Source of the DNA: Candidatus Melainabacteria bacterium
GTDB lineage: Bacteria > Cyanobacteriota > Vampirovibrionia > 2-02-FULL-35-15
Assembly (NCBI GenBank): GCA_016201905.1
Contig: JACQBQ010000039.1
Coordinates: 913-64,912, forward strand
Direction of reading: 5' to 3'
Length of the DNA: 64,000 nucleotides
The notes under the pieces were generated by a model that saw only the letters and a program-made list of their open reading frames with translations, was not told the origin of the DNA and ran no database searches. Each line of letters opens with the position of its first letter. Position 1 is the first letter of the stretch. The translations under genes were made by a program, and so were the position numbers. Below are positions 55,344 through 64,000 of this stretch, in pieces.

Positions 55344-56132
55344 TTATCCGAATCTGCCTGTAATATAATCCTCTGTTCTTTTGTCCTTTGGACTACTGAA
55401 GATTTCTGCAGTTGCACTGTATTCAACCAGAAAACCTGTTCTTGCTTCTGTAGTCCAGAAAAATGCAGTGTTATCAGAAATTCTGCTAGCCTGTTGCATA
55501 TTGTGGGTGACAATAACTATTGTCAGTTCTTTTTTAAGTTCATTTAAAAGGTCTTCTATCTTCAATGTAGCAATAGGATCAAGTGCTGAACATGGCTCAT
55601 CTAGCAGTAAAATTTCCGGCTCAACTGCAAGAGCTCTTGCTATGCAAAGTCTTTGTTGCTGACCACCTGAAAGTTCATAAGCATGATCTCCGAGTTTATC
55701 ATTTACTTCATCCCATAGAGCAGATTGTTTTAGGCTTTTTTCAATAATTTCATCAAGTACTTTTTTTTCTTTTATGCCGTGCATTCTTGGACCATATGCA
55801 ATATTGTCATAAATGCTCATAGGAAATGGATATGGTCTTTGAAAAACCATTCCAACTTTTCTTCTAAGCTCAATTAAATTAGTACCATTTCGATAAATGT
55901 CTTCATTATGAATTAAAACTGTGCCTGTTACTTTAGCTCCAGCTACAGTGTCATTCATTCTGTTTAGTGTTCTAAGTACTGTGGACTTTCCGCATCCTGA
56001 AGGCCCGATTAATGCAGTGATTTTATTGGCTTCAATTGTTAGGTTGACATCTTTTACAGCCAGAAAATTGTTATAAAAACAATTAACATTTTCTAATTTA
56101 ATCACTGTTTTTTTTGAGGTTTCGGTGAGCAT
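55344..56132 (-). CDS. pstB: Phosphate ABC transporter ATP-binding protein PstB
   Basis: Near-canonical PstB throughout: [94 protein letters not shown]. Confidence 0.93.
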   Translation of the reverse strand: MLTETSKKTVIKLENVNCFYNNFLAVKDVNLTIEANKITALIGPSGCGKSTVLRTLNRMNDTVAGAKVTGTVLIHNEDIYRNGTNLIELRRKVGMVFQRPYPFPMSIYDNIAYGPRMHGIKEKKVLDEIIEKSLKQSALWDEVNDKLGDHAYELSGGQQQRLCIARALAVEPEILLLDEPCSALDPIATLKIEDLLNELKKELTIVIVTHNMQQASRISDNTAFFWTTEARTGFLVEYSATAEIFSSPKDKRTEDYITGRFG

Positions 56133-56143
56133 TTATTTATAAT

Positions 56144-56188
56144 AGCGCAAAACTGAAAAGACATGCCAGAGCATGTCTGTACTGCGCT
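56144..56188 (-). terminator. Nested hairpin with a T-rich tail between the hisC-like gene and pstB
   Basis: The inner stem pairs AGACATGC (56159..56166) with GCATGTCT (56171..56178). The outer stem pairs AGCGCA (56144..56149) with TGCGCT (56183..56188). On the minus strand the inner stem is followed by TTTCAGTTTT. Confidence 0.55.
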
Positions 56189-56325
56189 TCTTTCGGTTAT
56201 GCTATCCACATATTAACGAGTAAATCTTTTGTTATTCAGATATAAACACAAAGAATTTTAACACAATGTATTAAATCCTTTTAAGGATTAGTGGTATTTG
56301 GCTAATAATAAATAATTAAAAAGAA

Positions 56326-57441
56326 TTAATCTCTTATAGATCTTTCTCTTAATACTTCCAAAACTTTTACATTGTGCTCTCTTTTTCCAATTGAAATCCT
56401 TAAAAGATATTCTCCACCTTTTCCAAAAGTAGAACATTCCCTAACAATAATTCCTCTTTCTAATAGTTCATTTGCAAGAAGACTTGCCTTTTGTGGATAA
56501 GTATCTAGAGTAATAAAATTTGCGTCTGACTTTAGGTGTTTAATGTTTGCCTTTGAAAGTTCTTTGTAGTAAAAATTCTTTCCTTCTTCTACCATTCTTA
56601 TGGTTTTTTCAAAAAAGTCATGATCATCTAAAGCAGCTAGTGCTGCAGCTTGACCTGGTCTTGATACAACAAATGGTGTAATTGAATTTAAATAATAATT
56701 TGCAAGGTTTTTGTGTATAAATGCATAACCAACCCTGTAACCAGCTAGTCCATAGATTTTTGAAAATGTTCTGCCTATGATTAAATTAGGATATTTTTCA
56801 ATCCACTTTACAAGCGACTTCCCTGCAAATTCTGCATAGGCTTCATCTAAAAAAACAATTTTATCTGTGGAGTCAAGAATTTTCTTTATGTCTTCAGTTT
56901 TCATTAAGTTTCCAGTAGGATTGTTGGGTGAGCAGATAAAAATCATTTTGGTTTTTTTGTTTATAAGACTTAGTATTTTACCTATGTCCATCTGATAGTT
57001 TTTTAAAAGTGGAATTAATCTTGGCTTAGCACCAGCCCAAAGAGTTACCAGCTCATAACATGAAAATGTTGGTATAGAAATAATAGTTTCATCACCATTA
57101 TTTAAAAATAACCTGGCTAACATTTCAAAAATGTGATCCATTCCATTTCCAACAACAACTTCAATATTTTTTAATCCGTGTGTTTTTTTTATTTCTTTTG
57201 ATAATTCATCAGAGACTACATCGGGATATATGTTTACTTTTTCAAGGGCAAGAGTTGCTGCTATTTTTGCCTTTAATGAAGAACCTAAAACATTTTCATT
57301 ACTACTTAGCTTTAAGATCCTTGAAGGGTCTAAATTATATTTATCTGCTATTTCTTCAATTGACTTTCCTGCTGTATACTGATGCATGTTAAGAATAACT
57401 GCACGTAGGTTCTTTTTAGCGTTTTTTTTTGCTGTTTGCAT
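56326..57441 (-). CDS. hisC: Histidinol-phosphate aminotransferase-like class II aminotransferase
   Basis: LSSNENVLGS, FICSPNNPTGN, FLDEAYAEF, RTFSKIYGLAGYRVGY (PLP-lysine). 371 aa. Confidence 0.8.
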   Translation of the reverse strand: MQTAKKNAKKNLRAVILNMHQYTAGKSIEEIADKYNLDPSRILKLSSNENVLGSSLKAKIAATLALEKVNIYPDVVSDELSKEIKKTHGLKNIEVVVGNGMDHIFEMLARLFLNNGDETIISIPTFSCYELVTLWAGAKPRLIPLLKNYQMDIGKILSLINKKTKMIFICSPNNPTGNLMKTEDIKKILDSTDKIVFLDEAYAEFAGKSLVKWIEKYPNLIIGRTFSKIYGLAGYRVGYAFIHKNLANYYLNSITPFVVSRPGQAAALAALDDHDFFEKTIRMVEEGKNFYYKELSKANIKHLKSDANFITLDTYPQKASLLANELLERGIIVRECSTFGKGGEYLLRISIGKREHNVKVLEVLRERSIRD

Positions 57442-57445
57442 TTTT

Positions 57446-58009
57446 ATGCTGGAAACTATTAAAGAATTCTTTAAACACTATGGTAGCACTGGTTTATTTT
57501 TAAATGCATTTTTTGATGGATTTTGTTTACCATTACCACCAGATTTTTTATTATCTACTCTTGTTATACAAAAAATTGGAAATCCTACAATACTTGCAGT
57601 AATTTGTAGTTTAGGTTCAGTTATAGGTGGTTGCCTTGGTTATTGTGTTGGCAGGTTTGGTGGAAGAAAACTCGTAGATAAAATTTTCCCAAACCTTATA
57701 TTTATAGATAAAGCAGAAATACTTTTTAAAAAATTTGGTGTATGGGCAATTGTCATTGATGCTTTTACGCCGATTCCTTATAAAGCGCTAACGCTTGGCA
57801 GTGGCTTAATGAAATTTAATCCTATACTTTTTGCGCTGGTTAGTTTTCCGGTAAGAGGTATCAGGTATGTTTTAGTGGCAAATACTGCAAGCTTTATTGG
57901 AGATCAGCTCAGGGCTCAGTTTGAAAGAACATTTTTGCTCATTGTAATCGGATTAATTCTGATTATAGGACTTGGATTGATTATAAAAAATAAGCTTGTG
58001 AAGCAGTGA
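57446..58009 (+). CDS. DedA/YqaA-family (VTT domain) membrane protein
   Basis: MLETIKEFFKHYGSTGLFLNAFFDGFCLPLPPDFLL is a typical DedA-type N-terminus. The track start at 57386 would overlap hisC by 56 nt, so I prefer ATG 57446, but the start remains uncertain. Confidence 0.6.
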   Translation: MLETIKEFFKHYGSTGLFLNAFFDGFCLPLPPDFLLSTLVIQKIGNPTILAVICSLGSVIGGCLGYCVGRFGGRKLVDKIFPNLIFIDKAEILFKKFGVWAIVIDAFTPIPYKALTLGSGLMKFNPILFALVSFPVRGIRYVLVANTASFIGDQLRAQFERTFLLIVIGLILIIGLGLIIKNKLVKQ

Positions 58010-58109
58010 TTATCATGTCAGCAATTACGTACTCCGTTTTACTTAATACACTCAACAAATTCTGGTATCATAAATCTAAGTAAAACCTAAGAACATTAGA
58101 AAATAAAAT

Positions 58110-60056
58110 ATGAGCATAATAAATATTGGTATTTTAAAACAATTCCTTGAAAAGCAATATGCACGTCATCTTGTATTTAAAACTAATAATTTGGAGATTC
58201 TTTTAGTCTGCTGGCTACCAGGTCAGGGAGCAGAAGCTCATGAGCATGGACAGTCTGATGCTATTACGCTTGTTTTAGAGGGTGAAATGTCTTATACCAC
58301 TTTTCACCCGGAAGGTTCTATAGTTTCAGGTACATTACGTACTGGAGACATAGAACATATTCCACCAGGAGTAAAACACAGAGTAATGAATAATTCAAAT
58401 GAAAAGCTGGTAACATTGCATATTTATTCTCCGCCACTTGAAGCAAGTCTTTTATGTACATCGCTTGGTTATGCTAACAAAATAAAACTACAGGAAATGC
58501 AGCTACCTGAAAAAACTATACGCTACTTGATGGCTGATAAAACTTACGATCAGCTAAATGAACTCAAAACACCTTTGAAAAATAAAGAGAAAACAACAAG
58601 TCAAATATTTCTGAAGGAAAAATCAAACCGTGAAACCATTGTAATTATTGGAGGTGGTTTCAGTGGAACACTTGTAGCTACTCACCTGATGAAAAACAAT
58701 ACCGGTACTCCTCTGCAAATTATGCTTATAGAAAGAGCTCCAAGATTTGCAAGGGGGTTTGCATATTCAACAAACAGTCCATTACATCTGCTGAACGTTC
58801 CGGCAGGCAAAATGAGTGCATTTCCAGATGATCCAGACCACTTCCTAAGATGGGTACAAAATCGGGATTTAACCATACAGGAACAGTCTTTTGTTCCAAG
58901 AATGCTTTATGGGGAATATCTTGAGGCTGTATTGCATGATGCGGAGGTAAATAAATCCCCAAAAACAAGTTTTAAAAGATTGAACGATGAAGCTGTTTCA
59001 ATAGAACCATTTCCTGACAACATAGGTGCAATTATAAATCTGGAAAGTGGCATAAAAATCCCTGCAAATCGTATCGTACTTGCAGTAGGTAATTATCTTC
59101 CAAGAAATCCAAGTGTCTCTCAATCTTCTTTTTATCAAAGCAAAAGATATGTCAGAGACCCATGGTCATCAAATGCATTGACAATGATTTCGCCTGATGA
59201 TCCGGTTTTACTTGTAGGAACAGGACTCACCATGATAGATAAAGCAGTCGAATTAAAATGTCGTGGTCATAGAGGTATTATTCATGCGATTTCACGGCAT
59301 GGTAATCTGCCACAGCCACACAATACTGAAATTAAACACTTGAAGGTTGATTTTGAATTTAATCAGCCATTGACTGTTAAAAGCTTACTGCATAATCTGA
59401 GAGAAAAAGTTAAATCCACTAAAGAAAAAGGAGGAGATTGGCGTCTAGTAATAGATTCACTTCGTCCACATGTACAGAACCTATGGAGCTCAATGTCAAT
59501 TGTTGAAAGAAAAAGATTCTTTCGACATGTTCGTCCTTACTGGGATGTTCACCGTCATCGCATTCCACCTCAGGTAGCTACCATAATTAACTCTATGCTT
59601 GAATCTAAACAACTCTTGATTCATTCTGGAAGAATTAAAGAATATGAAGAGAATGAGAGCCATGTAAACGTAACTTTTCAAAAAAAAGGTTCAAGTGAAA
59701 AAATGATTCTACAAATTGCAAGAATAATAAACTGCACTGGCTCAGAATTAGATTTTTGCCAGATTCAGGATCCGCTTGTTATTAATTTATTTGAACAAGG
59801 ATTAATTGCTCCAGATAAGCTTGCGCTTGGTCTTGACGCCACTAGTAACGGTGCATTAAAAGACAAATATGGAAATACTTCTAACATACTTTATACCTTA
59901 GGTCCTCCACTTAAAGGTCAACTCTGGGAAACTACTGCAGTACCTGAAATACGCGAACAAGCTATTACTTTAGCTGAAGAAATTGTAAGAGCAGCTGCTC
60001 TCTTAAAACGATCAGGTAAAAGCCTTGTAGAAAAAGATTTTAACTATATTATTTAG
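58110..60056 (+). CDS. Fusion protein: N-terminal cupin domain plus FAD/NAD(P)-binding oxidoreductase-like domain
   Basis: Cupin pattern GQGAEAHEHGQSDAITLVLEGEM...HIPPGVKHRVMN. This is followed by the dinucleotide-binding motif IVIIGGGFSGTLVATHL and a second LLVGTGLTMID motif. 648 aa. Confidence 0.65.
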   Translation: MSIINIGILKQFLEKQYARHLVFKTNNLEILLVCWLPGQGAEAHEHGQSDAITLVLEGEMSYTTFHPEGSIVSGTLRTGDIEHIPPGVKHRVMNNSNEKLVTLHIYSPPLEASLLCTSLGYANKIKLQEMQLPEKTIRYLMADKTYDQLNELKTPLKNKEKTTSQIFLKEKSNRETIVIIGGGFSGTLVATHLMKNNTGTPLQIMLIERAPRFARGFAYSTNSPLHLLNVPAGKMSAFPDDPDHFLRWVQNRDLTIQEQSFVPRMLYGEYLEAVLHDAEVNKSPKTSFKRLNDEAVSIEPFPDNIGAIINLESGIKIPANRIVLAVGNYLPRNPSVSQSSFYQSKRYVRDPWSSNALTMISPDDPVLLVGTGLTMIDKAVELKCRGHRGIIHAISRHGNLPQPHNTEIKHLKVDFEFNQPLTVKSLLHNLREKVKSTKEKGGDWRLVIDSLRPHVQNLWSSMSIVERKRFFRHVRPYWDVHRHRIPPQVATIINSMLESKQLLIHSGRIKEYEENESHVNVTFQKKGSSEKMILQIARIINCTGSELDFCQIQDPLVINLFEQGLIAPDKLALGLDATSNGALKDKYGNTSNILYTLGPPLKGQLWETTAVPEIREQAITLAEEIVRAAALLKRSGKSLVEKDFNYII

Positions 60057-62933
60057 TTAGTGCCTTACTAATATATTTTCTTTCTTTATTAACGAATCAT
60101 CAGATATAACAACAGTTTTGTTATTTTTAATTTTGCTTTTATTAAACTTCAAAAAAAACAAAAGAAGTAAAAGAATAAGGACTGCAAAAGAAGTAATTGA
60201 AAAGCCTATTATAAAAAATTTAGGGAAATAATAAAATTCAATTAAATAACTGCCCGCACCTGGCAAATACACTGCTCGCTGAACAAGGTTTGCCTGATAA
60301 TGATTGCCTTTCCTGTTATTGATTTTTACTTTCCAGTTACTATTTAAGTTATTTCCAAGAACCAAAAAGCCACTTTTGTCTAAATCAACTTTTAGTGTGA
60401 TTTGATCAGGTTCATACTTTACAAGTTCTACTTTATAATTAATGTCAGAGGGTTGCTCTAAAATATCATTTGAAGATAAATCCTTATAATCTATAGGCAA
60501 AGACATTAAAATCACTGCTTGTTTTGGGTTAAAATCTTTATTATCCAGTTCAACAATCGTATCTTTAGGAGAATCAATTACTTTATATCCGCTAACCACA
60601 AATGCCCGGGGATAATAATTTAAGTTTTCGTATATTGAGCAATCTCCATGATAAACTCTCTTTAAATTATTAGTTTTAAGATTTAAATATTTTGGTGTAA
60701 GTATAAACCTCACATTTAATAAATCAAGTATTTTGCTGTTAGCACAATTTATAGGATACATTTCATTTGAATTTTCAAAAGCATTTAATATGTTCCTTCT
60801 ATAAATTTTGTTAAGATCTTTAATTTTAAGATATGAGAGTAAATTAAAAATATCATTCTGGACAAATGAGCTATAGCCTGACAATGTTTCAATTCTATAA
60901 GGCATTAATGTATTAGGTTCAGGCATTTGAATATTACGTAATTTTTCATATGGATCTTGACGAATATATGAAAGGACTCTAAATGGTTCTTTTGATTTTT
61001 TTTGTTCATTTAAAATAAACTCTAAGCTACCGCCTTTAGGTACTGGCTTATAGCTGCTTCTATCTGACCAGGTTACAAAGAACGATGAAAAATACATCAG
61101 ATCAACTGTTGTAACTAAAATTACCGTTGTAACTAGAAAAGCTCGCATGTTTTTCTTAAATCTTGAAATATAATCTATAAAAATCTGAAAACCAATTCCA
61201 CTTAGAAACGGCACACAATAGCTATAAACATTTAAAAACTTAATGTGCTGCATTTCATTAAATCCTGGAATAAGATTTTTTATGAGAAAAAATAAGGGTG
61301 ATCCCATACAAATAAGCATTGAAAGGGTAATTGTTGTATAGAAAAACGATATAAGCTTGTTTTTAAAAAATACTTTAAGCGTAAGAATGGATAAAAGGAA
61401 TGGTAAAAAGCCAAAATAAATATAATGTTTATAAAAATTAAGTCTGTAATAGATATAAGCTGGATCTGCAGCAGGGATGCTTACAAAGGACCATGTTGGA
61501 TTCCCACCATAATACGGATAAATTAACCCTAGTAAATTCTTAAATGAAATTGATTGAAACTTTATAATTGTATCTGAAATTGGAACTCTATTTGAATTAT
61601 AAAATAATTGAAAAAATGGAATTATTACTGATGAACCAATTGAAATTGCAAAGAAAGAAACGAAACAAATACTTACAACATTTTTAAGTATCCTGGGGTT
61701 AGGAGAAAAAATACTAAGAAAAAGTCGGAAACATGCAAACATTAAAAAGAATAGGGTTGTATATTCAACATACTGAAGATGACCAGATGAAAAAATCAAA
61801 CCAAGAAAAAATGAAGAGATTATCAAATTTTTATTTAGAAGCTTATTTTCATTAAGATTTTTTTCATAAAAAAGAAGTAAAAAAGGCAGGGTAGCACTAA
61901 TCATTAGCATATATTCATAGCTAAATCTAGTTGCATTAAAAGGATGAAACATATAAACAATACCAGTAAAAAGTGAAGCTGCAAAACCTAAGCCCCAATA
62001 CCGTGCCAGAGCAAAAGCTCCAATTCCACACAAGGCAAAAAACAAAAAAGTTACAACTAAATCAGCAGTAAAGTGATCAAATAGTAAGTAACTCAAAAAA
62101 TAAATTGGGTAAAGGTAATTAAGCTGTGGCTCTGCCTGAAATTCAGCACCAGTTAAAATATACGGGTTCCAAAAATGTATTTTCCTGCTTTTCAGCGAAT
62201 CAGAAAAATATTCTCTATATGGTGTAAATTCCTGAATAAGATCTGAATTATAATAATTATGAACCTTAGAAACATTTGAATAATTATTACATTGAAGTTT
62301 AAAATCTCTAAGATATAAAAATGCCTGCTCAGTGTTGCTTTTGTTTGTAAAAATTACCTGCAAACTGTACTGATTCAGGTCAGAAACTGATTTCAGTTTA
62401 CTAATCAAAGGATTTAAATAAAATTTGTTTTTTACCCAGGAATGTTTTTTGTCCACATCAAGATACACATATGAATGAGGAGGATAAAAGGTTTCACCGG
62501 TATTCTTGTTAATAAGAACAAATAATGAAGTAGTTATACTTGATGATTCATCTACAACTTGTCTATCTTCAAAACTTATAAAGTAGTTTGAATTTTTTAT
62601 ACCTCCTGTTTTATTTGCCAGCTCCTCATCCAGATTAATCTCATTTTCCAGCTTAATTGATTTATTTGGAGCAATTTTTAGACTAAGAGTCTTTTTATCT
62701 ATAGTTTGTTTACCTTGCTGGAAACTCCCTTCCCATAGCGTAGTTTTAATTGTTTTTTCACTTACATTATAGTAACGCCAGGGAAACATTTTCATATCAC
62801 GAATATCGATAGGAGTATCTACCTTTCCAAGAAAAGCAGGAAAAAGAAAAATTAAGGCAACTAAAACAAAAAGGAAAGAAGCCTTTTGATATTCATTAAC
62901 TAAGATTGTTTTTTTTAGAATTAAATTAAACAT
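60057..62933 (-). CDS. Large polytopic membrane protein with GT-C/YfhO-like architecture (family assignment tentative)
   Basis: 958 aa. One N-terminal TM, a ~230-aa extracytoplasmic region, then ~10 TM helices (approx. aa 270-640), a ~280-aa soluble domain and a final C-terminal TM (FFIIGFSITSFAVLILLLLLFFL). Confidence 0.6.
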   Translation of the reverse strand: MFNLILKKTILVNEYQKASFLFVLVALIFLFPAFLGKVDTPIDIRDMKMFPWRYYNVSEKTIKTTLWEGSFQQGKQTIDKKTLSLKIAPNKSIKLENEINLDEELANKTGGIKNSNYFISFEDRQVVDESSSITTSLFVLINKNTGETFYPPHSYVYLDVDKKHSWVKNKFYLNPLISKLKSVSDLNQYSLQVIFTNKSNTEQAFLYLRDFKLQCNNYSNVSKVHNYYNSDLIQEFTPYREYFSDSLKSRKIHFWNPYILTGAEFQAEPQLNYLYPIYFLSYLLFDHFTADLVVTFLFFALCGIGAFALARYWGLGFAASLFTGIVYMFHPFNATRFSYEYMLMISATLPFLLLFYEKNLNENKLLNKNLIISSFFLGLIFSSGHLQYVEYTTLFFLMFACFRLFLSIFSPNPRILKNVVSICFVSFFAISIGSSVIIPFFQLFYNSNRVPISDTIIKFQSISFKNLLGLIYPYYGGNPTWSFVSIPAADPAYIYYRLNFYKHYIYFGFLPFLLSILTLKVFFKNKLISFFYTTITLSMLICMGSPLFFLIKNLIPGFNEMQHIKFLNVYSYCVPFLSGIGFQIFIDYISRFKKNMRAFLVTTVILVTTVDLMYFSSFFVTWSDRSSYKPVPKGGSLEFILNEQKKSKEPFRVLSYIRQDPYEKLRNIQMPEPNTLMPYRIETLSGYSSFVQNDIFNLLSYLKIKDLNKIYRRNILNAFENSNEMYPINCANSKILDLLNVRFILTPKYLNLKTNNLKRVYHGDCSIYENLNYYPRAFVVSGYKVIDSPKDTIVELDNKDFNPKQAVILMSLPIDYKDLSSNDILEQPSDINYKVELVKYEPDQITLKVDLDKSGFLVLGNNLNSNWKVKINNRKGNHYQANLVQRAVYLPGAGSYLIEFYYFPKFFIIGFSITSFAVLILLLLLFFLKFNKSKIKNNKTVVISDDSLIKKENILVRH

Positions 62934-63090
62934 AAAAATATAAACTATTGCTATTAGCTAGTATTGTAATACTAGAGTCAAAAATTTACCCTAATCTATA
63001 TATTTGAAACGAGAGATAAAAGAAACTAATTTCTGTTTGTGAAATAGGTTTATTAACCTATTAAAATAAGCAATGACAAAATCTCAGATT

Positions 63091-63858
63091 CTATCTCAGT
63101 GCATAAAAGTCACTAGGCATAGGCACTATGCCAGAAAGATTTCTTAAAAGATCAATTTCTGTAATAACCCCTTTAAGTTTTTTATCTTCATCTACTACTG
63201 GCAAGCAACCAAATTTATTTACAATCATTATTTCAATGGCATCATTTAACGGTGTATTTAAAGCAACTGTTATTACTTCACTACTTAACATAATGTCTCT
63301 TACCCGAACAATATCTGCTTTGCCGGAGAAAGCTTTAAGCAATTCATTATAAGTAATAAGTCCTACTAATCTGAGATTGCTGTCTACCACCGGAACATTT
63401 CTAATCTTATCCAAATTTAAAACATCTAAAAGCGAAATCTCTTCATCTTCTTTAAAATAAATAAATTTAGGATTCATTATATCTTTAACACTTATAGTTA
63501 AAAGTGTTTTTAAAAGATCAACTTCTGTAACAGCTCCCATAAGTTTTTTATTTCCATCTACCACCGGCAAACAGCCAAACTTATTTATAATCATTATTTC
63601 AATAACACCTTTTAATGGGGTTTCCGGACTAACTGTTTTTACTTCAGCTAGCATAATGTCTCTTACCCGAATAACATCTCCCTTTTTTGAAAAAGCTTTT
63701 AACAGCTCTCTATAGGTAATGAGTCCTACCAGTCTAAGATTATTGTCAACTACAGGAATATTTCTGACTTTTTCCAAAGTTAAAATATCTGAAGGTGTAA
63801 TCTCTCTATCTTCCCTGAGATAAGGGATTTTGGTATTCATTATGTCTTTGACACGCAT
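63091..63858 (-). CDS. Stand-alone CBS-domain protein with four CBS motifs (internal tandem duplication of a CBS pair)
   Basis: Residues ~1-125 and ~126-255 are near-repeats. The first copy is VKDIMNTKIPYLRED...NIPVVDNNLRLVGLITYRELLKAF...VRDIM...NKFGCLPVVDGNKKLMG. The second copy is VKDIMNPKFIYFKED...NVPVVDSNLRLVGLITYNELLKAF...VRDIM...NKFGCLPVVDEDKKLKG. Confidence 0.85.
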   Translation of the reverse strand: MRVKDIMNTKIPYLREDREITPSDILTLEKVRNIPVVDNNLRLVGLITYRELLKAFSKKGDVIRVRDIMLAEVKTVSPETPLKGVIEIMIINKFGCLPVVDGNKKLMGAVTEVDLLKTLLTISVKDIMNPKFIYFKEDEEISLLDVLNLDKIRNVPVVDSNLRLVGLITYNELLKAFSGKADIVRVRDIMLSSEVITVALNTPLNDAIEIMIVNKFGCLPVVDEDKKLKGVITEIDLLRNLSGIVPMPSDFYALR

Positions 63859-64000
63859 ATTAACTACCCATTTTTATCTCTAATCAACTATAAGCTATAG
63901 TCCCATTTCCTTCAAATTATATGCACTAAAATTATTCATTATTATGCAAAAACCAATATGAATATAAATAAAATTAGGCTAGCACTAAGATGTTAATAGG

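Noticed and set aside
55224-55662. ORFs 55224..55547 (+), 55301..55513 (-) and 55381..55662 (+)
   Set aside because: They are embedded in or antisense to the strongly supported pstB and hldC-like genes.
57386-57445. Upstream extension of the DedA-like gene that overlaps hisC by 56 nt
   Set aside because: The DedA-type N-terminus begins at MLETIKEFF (ATG 57446), and the extension is Phe/Arg-rich off-frame-like sequence. The start remains uncertain because neither candidate has a clear SD.
1-64000. CRISPR arrays, rRNA genes, transposases, integrases and prophage or defence-system genes
   Set aside because: I saw no regularly spaced direct repeats, and none of the ORFs has transposase, integrase, nuclease-helicase or restriction-modification hallmarks. 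tRNA-Leu is not flanked by an integrase or a direct repeat of its 3' end.

Overview
This is an AT-rich bacterial chromosomal window read with the standard code. UGA is a stop codon, as shown by the in-frame UGA at the prfB frameshift site. I could not assign a lineage from sequence alone.

The left ~26 kb looks like a cell-surface island. A tightly packed minus-strand operon holds seven tandem paralogous polytopic membrane proteins (176..15556), and an eighth gene may start at the left edge. Their motifs match TMTC/PMT-type GT-C glycosyltransferases, and each has a C-terminal TPR-like repeat domain. A 434-bp divergent region separates this operon from three plus-strand secreted proteins (15991..22771). 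One of these is a 1384-aa Thr/Ala/Ser/Gly-rich giant. They are followed by a tiny basic ORF, a DegT/PglE-like sugar aminotransferase and a CapD/PglF-like membrane dehydratase.

My main hypothesis is that this is a multi-paralogue protein O-glycosylation system for surface-layer or adhesin-like proteins. This is inference, not demonstrated.

The remaining ~38 kb is mostly housekeeping:
- rpmG (missed by the ORF track), gatA, cysK-cysE, mnmG and prfB with its +1 frameshift
- the infC-rpmI-rplT operon, tRNA-Leu(CAG), ppx, thiL, polA and an M32 carboxypeptidase
- ilvB, an orphan pstB, and hisC-like and hldC-like genes

Interspersed with these are unexplained items:
- a 114-nt rod-like GC-rich hairpin and a block of alternating GC-rich complementary segments next to the tRNA
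- a 19-bp palindrome present three times
- a duplicated module of a small membrane protein plus a micro-ORF
- two adjacent paralogous unknown membrane proteins
- a 550-aa internally duplicated unknown protein
- a UDP-sugar dehydrogenase homologue that appears to lack the catalytic Cys

I saw no CRISPR array, rRNA, transposase or integrase.
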